Below, piece by piece: positions 36,701 through 49,259 of a stretch of DNA of 64,000 bases. The notes beneath the pieces are model-generated. The model did not search any database. It was not told the DNA's origin and saw only the letters and a program-made list of their open reading frames with translations. Made by a program: the position numbers and the translations under genes. This DNA comes from Vitrella brassicaformis CCMP3155 (taxonomy: Eukaryota > Protista > Chromerida). The DNA is taken from contig CDMY01000319.1 of the NCBI GenBank assembly GCA_001179505.1, positions 1 through 64,000 on the forward strand, written 5' to 3'. Position 1 is the first letter of the stretch; the number at the start of each line of letters is the position of its first letter.

Positions 36701-37927
36701 ACCGACCAAACCAACCAATGCAATGCATTCATCCTGTCCTGTGCATGGCGTGGCATGTGGCCGATGGGGTGGTGTCTCCGTGTCGTCTCAGGCACATGAC
36801 GACTGACTGACTTATCGATTGTATGACTGAGTTCGTTGCAAACAGCTGGTCTGGTGAATGTGTGTACCTCTGGGCATTGATTGCATGTGTGCGGCGGAAA
36901 TGTGATTTTGACGACGGTGAGATCGGCCTGCTGCCCCCTGGCCTCAGTGGGCAGAGCACACCTATCTCGTCGTGGGCAGAATCACCTCCGTGGCGCGTGT
37001 GCTACGTGCGTATCCAGAGGGGCGAGAAGAGAACCAACAAGGAAGGAAACCTCAGCTCGGTCAGACTTGTTTGAGGTGAAGAGAAGGCGACCAACTGCGT
37101 GGATGCATGGATGGACGCGAGGTGCATGCTATGCTCATCTGTATCTTTATCGCATCTTCCGTTGCACGTGTTCAATTATTTAAAGTCGACCCCCCGCCCC
37201 CACCCCCTTTGGGCACTCCACTCCAACCAAGCACGTATGCAGGCATGGCATGTACCCCCACGCCACACACGCACGTGCACACGCGTTGTCCGTAAGACCC
37301 GGGATGGATGTTGGAAAAAGAGAAGAGCCCTCAGTCAGCCATTCGGTCGGTCCGGTCCGGTCCGTGCAGTCAGTCTGTCTGCCTGTCTGTCATTCTGTCA
37401 CACACATCGTGTGGGTCGAGAAAGCTGCTTGTACGTCTGTCTGACTGCCTGCCAGCCTGCGTCACCCATGCGCCTACCGACTTCTGTGACCACTCCTGTC
37501 CGTCTGTCTGTCTGTCTGCCTGTCTTGTGTATCTATCATACCAGCCACATCAGTCCAACCCCTCTCTGCCTCCCTGTCTGCCTCTCATGCATGGAGCTAG
37601 ATGGCATGGAGCGTATCGTATCGAATCAGCAACACACAGCACGACAGCACGACAGCACGGCACAGCGTCTCCGGCTGTCTGTATGTCTGTCTGTCTGGCT
37701 GCCATGGGGCCGGCCACACACACGAGTACCATGGCAGCCACACACACGAGTACACGTGAGCTCCCGAGTGAGTGAAGACACACATGCCTCCCTCTCTGGA
37801 TGCAGTAGGTAGATGTGAGCCGATCACATGACGCCGTCTGCCCGCCCGCCGCCTGCCTGATGGATGTATGTGCGGTGCGTGCGCCTCCAGCCAGCTGGGC
37901 TGGTGGCGGCTGGCCGGGCCTCGGTTG

Positions 37928-40900
37928 TTACAGGGAAGGAAGGAAGGAAAGACACCTGCCTGCTTGCCTCCTCTCCGCCCACTCACTTAATCTCGCCCCC
38001 TGCACCACATCAAGCGAATAAGACGGCAGACAAGACGAGCGGCGTGGCCTGGCCTGTCGTGTCATGGAGCCCTTGCACCTACCTGTCCAGGGTGGCGGCC
38101 ACTGGAAATCCGGGTTGGGCACAAACTCATCTACACGTCAGTCAGTCAACACACAGACAGACGGACAGCCGCAAACGATGTCGATCAGTCTCGCTATCTA
38201 TGGGGTTGGTTGCTGGATGCATGGATGGATGGATGGGTGGCGTACCTTGGACCCATGTGTACGAGATGAGGTGTGTTTTGGTCCACTGTTTGGCCTTGAG
38301 GCGGTTGTCGGGCGACACCTTCTCCACCCAGTCGCGATACATGTCGTTGGTCACAATGCAGCCGTCGTGACGCTGCGCATACTGAACACAAACACAGACA
38401 CACAGACATACAAGACAGACATTCAGTGGAGTGGATGGAGAATCAGTGGCAGCAGAGGGTTGCGTACGCCGATGCAGTACGAGTCGTCGTAGTCTTGCGG
38501 AGGAGTCACCACCACAGAACCTGCAGAATCACAATACATGACGTCTCGTCTCGTCTTGCCCTCCCACAGATCGGATGCACCGACACACCAGCCCCCCCAC
38601 CTACGCCCTGTCTGTCACATACCTTTCTCGATAAGTTGCTGCAGCAGTTTGACGTCATCGGGCACCTTTGAGGCGCTGCCCATGCCCATGGCCACCAGCC
38701 GCTTGGCCTCCCCCACCTCCTTGAACTTGGAGAGGTACTCGGGCAGGAAGGCCACCACACGGTGGCCCTGACCCTGGAAATGCTCTATCACTATCTGCAG
38801 ACCCCGCACCGAAAACTTCTTCTGCGTCACACCGCCGTGACGCATCGCTATGTTGGACGCTGTACACACACACACACACACAGATGAGTGCACGGTTTCC
38901 CTGTCTGTCTGTCTGTCTGCATGGCCCACTCACCGTCGAGAACGATCAGAGGTGCCACTTCCCTGCTGCTGGTGGATGGGGGCGGGGGAGGTGGCTGGGG
39001 CGCGCGCATGACAGACACGACAGGTGAGCCAGGGGCATGCACCAGCACCACATCATTGACGCCCTGCGCAAATGGGTTGCGCGAGAAGGGCTGAGGGGAC
39101 GGCACCGCTGGCTGCGGGGCAGGGGGCACCGGCTGCTGCTGATGCTGCTGCTGGAGTTGCAATGGGGGAAAGTGGGGCAGCATAGGGCCGCCGGGATGGC
39201 CTCCCCTCGCTGCAGCCATCTGGTGGTGCGGTGAGAAATAGGTGAAGCTAGACCCCCGGCCTCCTCCCCCTCCCCTGCCGGCCCCCTTCCCTCTGGCCTG
39301 CTGTTTGTGTGGTGCCCGCTTCTGCTTGGGCCGGCCCCCTCTTGGCTGGTGGCCCAGGCCTCGCCCCCGCGGCCGCATTGGGTACATGGGCGAGTGCGGC
39401 TGGGGGTAGTAGGACCTCTTGCCTTGCCGCAGCTGCGGCATGTCCACTTCAGGGAGGTCGGCGGCCAGGGCGTAGAGGCGCATGATGCGGACGTCCTGCG
39501 CCTGGTCTTTCTCGACCATCTCGTTGAGGCCAGGGTGGATCGGGTGGGAGGGCACCACCTTGTGCCAGTACTTGCGGCCGAAGAAGAAGCGGCCCATCTT
39601 GCTGCTGCTGCTGCCGGTGGTGGTGGTGGGTGTGTCCTCGTCTGACGCCTCGCCCCCCGCATCGACATCGTCCGTTTCCTCCTCTTCTCCCTCCTCGTCG
39701 TGTGCATCACCACTCTCCTCCTCGTCAATGTCGTCATGCCCATTGTCGTCAGGAGGGGTCTCAGAGTCGAAGACAGACGACACCACGGCGTTGGCCATTG
39801 CACGGCCGGCCAAGTCCTCGGGGCTGCCGAACCCCTCTTCATCTTCCTCCTCATGGCCGTGCCCGCCGGCCCCGCCGCCAGCCTGCGCCGCTTCGTTGAC
39901 GAACAGCAGGGGGTTCATGGCGGTCGGCATCGATGTCGGCGACGCATCACCCTCACCCTCACCGGCAGCCGTCGACGGGTGCTCGCCGCCGCCGTTAGCT
40001 GCCGGAAGCTCCTCCTGCGGCAGCGTTTCTGGGGCTGGGAGTGGTGGTGGTGGCGCGGCCTGCTGTTGTGGTTTCTTCCAAATCATGATCTCCCCGCCAT
40101 CGCTGTCGTCATCCAACTCATCCTCATAGTCGCACCAGCGCCGAGATGACGATGCCGGGCTGGGACCAGAGCTGGCCGCCTCGCCACCACCGCCATCAGT
40201 CGCCCCAATGGCGGCATCGAAACCCGGCGGCAGCGTGGGGACGGGCTGCTCATCGCTTGCACCAGCGGCAGCAGCAGCGGGTGTGACAGGCTTCAACGGC
40301 GGCGAGAGATCGGCGTCACTCGGGATGGCTTGTTGATCGTCTTGCGGGGGCGGGGGAGGTGGTGCTGGTGGTGCTGGTGGTGGCGAAGTGTCGAATGCGT
40401 CGTCCCAGTCCCAGGCGCCTGGGGGCATGTAGGGCGGGAAGGGCACCAGGCCAATCAACAGACGGTCCTCCGGGAGCCAACCGGTGGTCAACAGAGACTC
40501 TAATGGACACACACAGACACACACAGACAGACAGACAGACACAAATAACAATGCTATGGAGAGGCCTTGGCTCCCTCCATATGTTAGGCGTGTCTACCAG
40601 GCTGTTGGTGTGTTTGCCGCAGTGTCTTGGAGACGGCCATCGCCCGCTGTGCGACGATCTCACGCAGACGCACCACATCCCGACGCACTGACGTAAACAG
40701 CTCTGAACGCATTTACACACAGCCACAGCCACACAGCCACACACACACACACACACAAACAAAAGAAAGAGGGAGATTCGCATTAGTTGTGCTGTGCTGT
40801 GTGTGGGTCATCTCGTCCTACCCGGGTTGCATCTGAGCCAGTAGAGTCCGAGGACGCATGGCTGCACAGCGGGCGAAGAGGGCGACGTCAGCGACTCAAA

Positions 40901-43400
40901 TATCACACCCAAAGACCGCACCAGCAGCTGCGTCCACACCATGACAGACACTGGTGCCATGCCAACCCCCGTCGCGTGTCTGTCGCGTTGCTCCATACCG
41001 TTAGGGCGTGAGACGCACAGTCATTCCGCTCCAAGTGCTGCTCGGTGATCGGCAGAGCTGCACAAGGGCATTGATTACAACATCTGTGCAGCTAGCTCCA
41101 TCTCCCTCACTGTGTGTGGGGCTTCGTTCGCTTCGCTTACAGGTGCACAGTTCAAGAGGCAGCTCGCTGTAGATGTCCCTGACAGTCTTGGCGGGTGCCT
41201 CTGCGCCACCGGTCACCTCAGGGGCGCCCTCACCGTGGCCATTCTCCAGCTGCTGCTGCGATTGGGTGGCCTTGGCCTTATCCCCGCGGAGCTGCTCCTT
41301 CTCAACCACCTCAACTGAAGACGGATACACACAGAAAGGCAGAGGACTTGGTTCGTTGGTTGATCTCGTTCTCCCCCTCTGACTGAAACCCACCTTGTCT
41401 GGCCTTTTCGTGCAGGCCTTTGGCCACGCCACTCGCGTGCACAAGGGCAGAGATGTTCATGCCAACCACTGCACACACACAAAGGGGATAAGGCGACGTG
41501 CACCGCTGTAGCTGTTGTGTGTAGCTGTTGTGTGTGGGTGTATGTCTGACCGTGAAGGAGCATCAGGGCGTTGAGAGGAGCCTCCTGCTTGCCGATGAGG
41601 GCCCGCCGGAGGCTCTCGATGCACGGCTCCAGGTGCTCGGCGAACCGCTCCAAAGACATCTTCTCATACAACATCATGTGCAGACGGAAAAACCTGAACT
41701 CCACAACACCATGCCAGCCACATGCACACACACGGCCTTATGGCGAGCACTTGCGTCTGTGCCTGACTGACTGACCTTTGCATAAAAATGTCGATGGGTC
41801 TGACAAGCTTGCCCTTAGCGGCCAGGGTCTGCTCGTCGCCCATTTTCTGCATCGTCCCGATGAGGAACTCGTGATTCAGAAACGGAAACGTGCTGAGCAC
41901 CGCAACAAACACACACCACAAGAGAGACCGCAAATTTCGCATTAGTCGGTCGCAGGTAGGTTGTGTCACGTGTGTGAGCCACGTCGCATCGCAGGTCACC
42001 ATGCGATGCTGCGGTATCGGTAGTAGACCACACCGGGTATGTCCACTTGCAGAAGACCATGCACCACTGCACACACGCACGCAGGCACGCACTCACGCCG
42101 TCATCCCAGCCCCCTCCCTCCCCCACTGACCGCCGAGTTGGTTCCATATTTTGCCCTCCTGTGGGTACTGTCGCAGCGCCTCGGCGTAGAACACCCACGC
42201 CTCCCCCAGCGCCGTCAGCGGCCGCGCGTCGTCCTCAATGTCGAGCGGCAATATCTCATCCACTGAGGGCTTCTGACCTGCACCCCCTGTGGCATGCAGG
42301 CACACAACGGAGGCAATGGTTGATTGTGGTGATGGGATGGGGTGTGTGTGTAGAGAGGGATGGGTGTGTTGCTGTCACTAGGAGGGTGGCTGGATATCTG
42401 ACTGACCTGCCTCTGCTGTTTGTTGGTATAGTGATGAGCAGTTGTCGATGTGGACGGCCTGGTAGCGCTTGATGTCGCCGTACTGGCTGTAGAGGTGACA
42501 CAAACTGTGGCGGCTGCAACTCGACGAGGCGTCATTGTCCTGTTCGTTCAGCCAGCCACACACAATGGACGAATGTGGAGCGCCCCAATCCCTTCCTCCC
42601 TCGTTGCTCGCTCGCTCGCTCCCCCACTCACTCACCCGACCCACCTGCAGGCCTCCCATGTCGGTGAGGTCATTGGCCACATTCTCCACCAGCTGCCTGT
42701 AGAAGTCATTCGCCGTCTCCAGGAACTCACGCAGACGCTGCTTCGCCTTGCTGTAGCTCTGCTGGTACTGCACCAGCTTGCCGTCATCCGCCTCCTCCTG
42801 CTGCTGCTGCTGCTGTTGGTGTTTGGCGATAGCCTCCTTCCTCTGCTGAATGTCGTCGAGCATCTTCTTGATGAACTTGTAGTGCTCGAGCCACAGCAGC
42901 AGCACCAGCTGCTTGGGCAGCACACGGCTCTCAGCCAAAGTGGCACGGACACGCCCTGCCAGCTTGTCACGGACAGCCCTCCCCCAGTTCTTGAGCCAGT
43001 CGCCACCACCACCTGCAGCAGCTGCTGCTGCTGCCGACGGTGCCGCCCCTGTTGCTGCCAGTTGCGCAGAGAAGGGAATGGGGGCCGCGCCTATGACGGC
43101 AGGAGGCTGTTGCTTTTGCTGCTGTGGCGGGTCGGTAGGGGCGCCATCGTCCTGACCGCCTGTAGTGTGGTGTTGGAAAAGGCTGAATAGCGTCTGGGAT
43201 TGGTCCTGCCGCTCGCGGCCGAAGATGCCGTGGGAGGCGGAAGCACGACGGGTGTCATGGTCTGCACGGGATGAGGATACATCGACGTTGGGGTGGCCGT
43301 TGATGGGCGAGGCGGACGTGTCGTGGCGCTGCCTGTCCGATGAGTGGTGCGGAGGGACGTAGAGCTCTCGCTCTCCACGCCGGTTGGTGCGGTCCGTCAT
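37928..43400 (-). CDS. EST1/SMG6-type TPR domain plus C-terminal Zc3h12a/Regnase-type NYN ribonuclease (Smg6L-like NMD nuclease)
   Basis: EST1-like motifs LCHLYSQYGDIKRYQ and FYAEALRQYPQEGKIWNQLG. NYN motifs IVLDASNIAMRHG, DYDDSY, IVTNDMYRDW and DEFVPNPD. Long acidic/Pro-rich linker. The 3' end is approximate. Confidence 0.8.
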
Positions 43401-44202
43401 GGTCTTGTTCAGCTCAGCTGGTTATCTTGGTGGCCTTCCTTGTGGCTGTTGGCGGGATCAAGGCAGGCTACCTGATCACTGCCTGCTGTCTGCGGCGGCT
43501 GTGCTGCCGCCGGTGCGTCAAGGGACGAAGGGAGCGATGTGACCAAGTGCACGATGCCGTCATTCTCCCTGCATACAGACAGAGACCACCACACACGAGA
43601 AGAGGAGACCTCTGGCAGCGTTTGTGCATCGTCGTGCTGATGCCATTTCTAGTTCTGACCTGTCGCTTCACGAGAGGGAGCATCGTGCTAGGTCACAGAA
43701 ACATCAGAAAGCGCTAGCCCCTCATCAGGCCGTCATGAGCAGCAAAGGAACGCCATCGCCGCGTGTAGGCGACCGACGAGGCCTGGCGAGCGCTGGTGCA
43801 TCGCTGGGAGGACGGGCACCATTTGATACAGCCTCCGGAAGTACTCACGCCCTTGGAGAAAGGCCAAACCCTGGCAGTGCAGGTTTCACCGAAACCCTGC
43901 ATGTGCAACCCCTCTGATTTCATTCATTCCCTCGCGCTACGGACATCGATCAGTATCAGAGCAGTGTACCCCTTCCCTGTGTCCTGTGTCTGTGTCAGCA
44001 ACACACGCCCCTGCATGCAGCTTGGAAGACACAGCCCCTCGGAGTCCCGACTTTCCTCCCACTGGTGCCGCCTGATTGAGGCTGGTGTTTCCCTCCCTGG
44101 CTGTCCGTGAAGGCATGCACCAACCTCGCTCTCAAGTCTTCCTCCCTCCCTAACCTTCACGACCCTCTCCTCCGGGCATACACGCAGCCGCTCCATTGCA
44201 TT

Positions 44203-47200
44203 TCATGTGTCGTCTTCATATTCGTCTTCGGAGGGCATCTCGCTGGCGTCCTCAATCAATATGTCTGGCTTCAACTCGTGGGCCTGCTTGTGGGTGTCGA
44301 AGACCTGCTTGAAGCCACGAAGCACCTCTGATAGACGCATACATAATGCACGTGACACCGTGCGGGAGGAAGGTCGGTTAAATGTGCTACGTCCGTGTCT
44401 CCCTTTCCCTCGTACCTAGTGTCTCCTCCTCAGCGAGCAGGTCTGCCGTCTCGTACTGAGTCCCGGAGTCCTTACGCTGCGGTGCCTGCACATACATGAG
44501 CAGCCGTACATTCGTGCAGACAAGGGAGATGCAAAACGATTAATCCCGAAGTCCGACCTTCTTGGTGGGCTTTGATTTCGACCCACGAGCCTTCTCTCCT
44601 GTGGCCGATAGTGGGCTGTCCTGGCTCCCATGTTTGCGCAGCGGTTTGGGGCTGTGCTTAGGGCTGCCATACACAGCTGCGATGGTCTTTCTCGCCTCCT
44701 TGGCTTTGTCCGGCCGTACGGCCTCCGTCTGCCGCCTGGCAGCCGATATCTGGGGGGCCGACTGCTTCTTGGGCAGGGGCATCTGCAGCTGTCTGGTGCC
44801 CTTCTTGTCCAGCTTGCGCGCCTGGCTGGGTGTGGAATAGGACAACTGGCTCATCTTCAGTGGGGAGGGCGCATGGGAAGGTTGCTGGGAGACGTCTCTG
44901 CTGCTGCTGGCGTCTGCTGTCTTGGGCGAGCCGGTGCTGTGTCGCTTCGACGTTCGGCTGGCAGCGGCCTCGTCTGTGGCCACTGACGAGTGGCGGATGC
45001 TGGACACCGAGCTGTGGTGGTCGGAGGCGGTTGAAGGGGGATAGGCGGGGCGTTCGGGGGGTGGAGCGGGTGGCTGCTCCTCCTGTTGTCTCGCTCCTGC
45101 CTCCTCTTCCTGCTGCCGATGGCTCGGCGACTCCTCGGGCGTTTCCTCGTGGCCTTCACCTAGCCATGCGCTTGGTGCTTTGGTCTGGGCGCTGCGCAGA
45201 CAGGGGGCACATTCATGCACACATGCGATTTTGTTGTTACCTTTTGAAGAGGCCGAGGATGCCCTGCAGCGGCTCTGCAGAAAGGGGTGTTGACGTCAGC
45301 CAAAGATGGATGGATCACATTGGGGTGGGGTGTGCATTAATAACGGAGGGTACCTTCCTTGGCGTCCTCTTCATCTTCGTCCTGAAGGAAGGACAAACAA
45401 ACACCAATAGCTATCACCTAACACCTCTGCACGAGGAACCGGTCGGCCGCTCACCTCGCCCACCAGGTGCCGAAGTGTTTCATTCATCGCCTGAATGCAG
45501 GCTCACAAATGCACCCCCGTATCAAAGCGTCCAAGTATATCGCTCCTTTCCACTCACCTGCACCACTTTAGTGGTCTTTTTGTAAATGGTATACTGGTCG
45601 GCTGCCTTGCGCGAGCCGAATATGTCCTCCAGTGCCGGCATGCTGCGCCCAAACATCTGCCAGTCGGGCACCAGGAGATTACTCTCGAACACCGATATGG
45701 CGGGCAGGCCGATGACGGGGCCCTTGGTGGCTAGGTCGACCTTGGTGGACAGCCGCCTATAGAAACTCGGTCGCCGACCGCCGAGGGCTGCATTGGACTC
45801 ACGGCGCTTGAGCAGGGTCGCCACTGTCTGTAGGCGTGTGGGGGGCACACCCAACTGCAGCCAGCAGATGGAGACACGGGTACGTAAATGAGGAAAGAAC
45901 ACGGGTCAACTTGACCCTAGGGGAATGGTTTGTGCGCTCACCTGCCGCTCTATCTTCCGCCGGCTTCGTGGAACAAACAGGACAAGAAAGAGAGCAAGCA
46001 GAGGTGAGAGGCTCTTCCGGTTAGGAAGGACTCACATTTTGATGCGGCTTGCGAGGAGGATTCGTCGACCAGATGTGGTGTAGAAGAGTCTGTTCTGAAA
46101 AGCTTCTTCCTGCACACAAAGGACGAAGACAGAACCCTCATCAACATTCGCTCACACCCTGTCCGTCTCCTCCCAGCGTGCTTGTCGGTTATGCAGGTGA
46201 GAACGTACTGGTGATCTGTGTCTCTCCGACAGCTTCACGCTGAGGGCCTCTCGATGGAACTTGGGCTTGAAGAAATGCTGCACGAACCAATCTGAAACAC
46301 ATGCACATGACTCATTCGACTTTCTTTTGAGTCTTGTTGCCCTTGGCTGACCATCGAGCAGCTCCCCGTGTGATTCGGAGTTCTCCGTCTCCTTCTCGGC
46401 AGCCTGTCAATAATCAAGCAACCAACCGCCTTCTGTCGGTGTGCCTCCTGTCTTCGTGCCACCAGTGGTGTCCTACCAGTGCGGCAGCTGCCTGCATGCG
46501 CCACCTCATCTCCGACTTGCCCTTTTCCGTGTGACTGAACACAACCTACATGCACGACCACACACACACGCACAAACAAGGAAATTTCACAGACCGACCG
46601 TCGGCCTTCGTTCCACCGGTTGCCCCCACTTACCGATTTCGCTCTTTGCATCCTCTTGCGCTTGTCAAACCTGACCGTCTGCCCTTGTTCTGGAGCCCCC
46701 GAGGCTTCCCCAGAGGATGACATACTCGCACTCCGGCTCTTGTCCTCAGCCCGCCCAAGATTCCTGCCCTTGTCCTCCACCACATCAGGGGCCTCCAGCG
46801 CCTCTGCTCCCCTTTCATCGGCCACTTGCTCCGATGAGCTCTCCCTATCAATTGGCGGCAATGACCTCGGCTGATCAGCCGCCTCCTGTACAGGCTCTTC
46901 GTGCCCAGCGGCCGCTGCAGCGGCAATTGGGGGAAGTAGAGATTCATCGGGGCCCTCACCAAGGGAAGGCTCTGTTGCCCTGACCGACACAGCAAGGGAA
47001 ACCACCGGTCTCGTATCATGGCAAGGTGAGACGTTTCTGCTTTGTGGCCATATCATGCACTTACCGTCTCTTTGCCCCCCCACCGCCTCTCTTCTTGGTA
47101 GGGCTCAGCGAGCCAGAACGCGCCATGCTCTTTCGCGTCCTCTTGGACCCTGCCGCCTTCTGTGGCCTGGGTGGGATCCACGGCCGATGCTCGTCGTCCA

Positions 47201-47786
47201 GGGGAAGCAAATATCTACACAGACAGACAGACAGACCGACACTAGTGGGGTGGGGCAGGCAGCCATGCAGGCAGGGAGTCCTTCGCTACAGGAACGGAGG
47301 GACGTTGCTCGGATACGCCGCCCCATGGACAGCCTCCTCCTGGATTTTGCGGCTGACGGCTGCATTCGACTGGCAGATGTTGGCTCTCGAAGGCCGGTAG
47401 TATCTGAAAACATACCCCCTCATCCAGAAGTGCGTCATGCAGCGTCCCCTTTGTCAGGCAGTGTGTCGGTTCGCCACGTACGGGCCGTGAAGGTAGGGCT
47501 GGCCATCGTCAGGGTCAACGGTGTAGTAGAACTCTAGCCCCGGCCTCAGAAATCGTGCCACAGTGCCTGACTGGTAGATGTTGTTCATCCTTCGCGGGGA
47601 GAGAGGGGGAAACTTGACGTCGAGAACTGGCCCGGCCCCAATGCTCGCGAGCCGTTTCAGCGTCACGTGTGCATCCGACACAAACGAAGTACCTACCTCT
47701 GCCAAGCACGTACAGGCAACTATCCTGTCCGTCTGCTGACTGTCTGGCTGCACCGCACCATCTATGACTCTTCCGCGATTCATCAC
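44203..47786 (-). CDS. Large multi-exon hypothetical protein, mostly low complexity
   Basis: Chain of coding-like exons with GT-AG sites. Terminal exon encodes EVLRGFKQVFDTHKQAHELKPDILIEDASEMPSEDEYEDDT*. Start codon uncertain. Confidence 0.5.
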
Positions 47787-48013
47787 ATCACCGAGCTACT
47801 AATGGCCTACCAAAAAATGACTGCTCGACTTCTATCATGGACGACCACAAGGGAATGGATCACTTGATTGACGGCACAGACTCTCCTGGTATGCACACCG
47901 CGTTACAACTCACGCGGGGACAGGAATGCCTTTCAATGCATAGCTGCAGCAAACAACCAATCCCGACGCACACAGACAGTCAGCGTGACAGACCGGCGGA
48001 AACCTTCTGGGTC

Positions 48014-49112
48014 TTACTTCTCATAATTGTTGTTGACCTCACTCCAGTTCACCACCTTCCACCACTCCTTCACGTAATCTGGCCGGCGGTTGTTGTACTT
48101 AAGGTAGTCTGTAAACACGACACACAGCGCGCCGCGCGACAGTGTTATGCGTTGGATGTGAATTGGATGCGTTGCGCTACTCACATGCATGTTCCCAGAC
48201 ATCGATTCCCAGGATTGGGATGCCGCTGCCCGAGATCATCAGATTGTTGTCCTGGTTGGGCGTGGTCGTGATCTCCAGCCCGCCCTTTTTGACGATGAGC
48301 CACGCCCACCCCGAGCCAAAGACGGCCGTCGCCGCCTTACTGAAGGCCTCTTGGAAGCCCTCCTTGGAGCCCCACACTGCGTTGATGGCCTGCAAAGGGT
48401 GAGGGCGATAAGAAGGAGTGGTGTATCTGGCATGTCTGTGGCTAAGTGAGTGATCCTTACCTTCTGCAGAGCTTCTGATGGCTCGCCGCCTTTGCCGACG
48501 GGAGCCATCATGCGCCAGAAAAGAGCGTGGTTGTAGGCACCGCCGCCTGCAGCACAGAGAGAGGCAGCCAAGCCTACCCTTATCTGGATGCAGATCATGC
48601 ACATCCTTCTGTACCGTTGTTGCGCACGGTTGACCCCAGCTTCATCGCCTCGGCTTGGAGATCAGCCAAGTTCGTCGCACGGGGCTTCTTCTCCTTCAAA
48701 GCGTCATTGAGCTTCTTCACGTAAGTGGCGTGATGCTGCAAACAAGCAAACAAAATGACACAAGCAACAAAATGCAGTGGTGTGGACTCGCCTTGTCGTG
48801 GTGAAGTTGCATTGTCGTCGCGTCGATTGAAGGCTCCAGGGCTCCGTAGTCATACGGGAGATCCGGCAGCTTGTAGAAGTCTCCATCCGCCATGGCACAC
48901 GGCACAGAGCTGAGAAAGCTCATAAGAGATCCCGCTGCGAGAAGAGATGCAGTAGCCGCCTTGCGCCGGCCCACGTTGCCGCCGGCTGCTGGAGCTCGTT
49001 GTGATGACATGGACATCGAGAGAGACCGTCCGGCGGCTGGCCTGCACCCGGGGATGAATGCCGCCGATGAGAGGTGCACAGAAAAGAACGACAAGAAAAT
49101 GGCTGTCAGCAT
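48014..49112 (-). CDS. SOD: Mn-type superoxide dismutase with signal peptide, transit peptide and twin-arginine leader
   Basis: [47 protein letters not shown] and DVWEHAYYLKY. The GG and NQD residues are Mn-type signatures. Confidence 0.95.
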
Positions 49113-49259
49113 GAGGAGCGAAAAACGATGCGGTGGTGGTGCCGCGGTTCGCGCGTCGGCAGGCTCTGGCTCATTACACGGGAGGGATCTACCCCAACTC
49201 ACACGGAGCTTCGACACGAAGGTTCGTGGAATTGCGGCTACGCCAGCGTCGTGTCGAGG

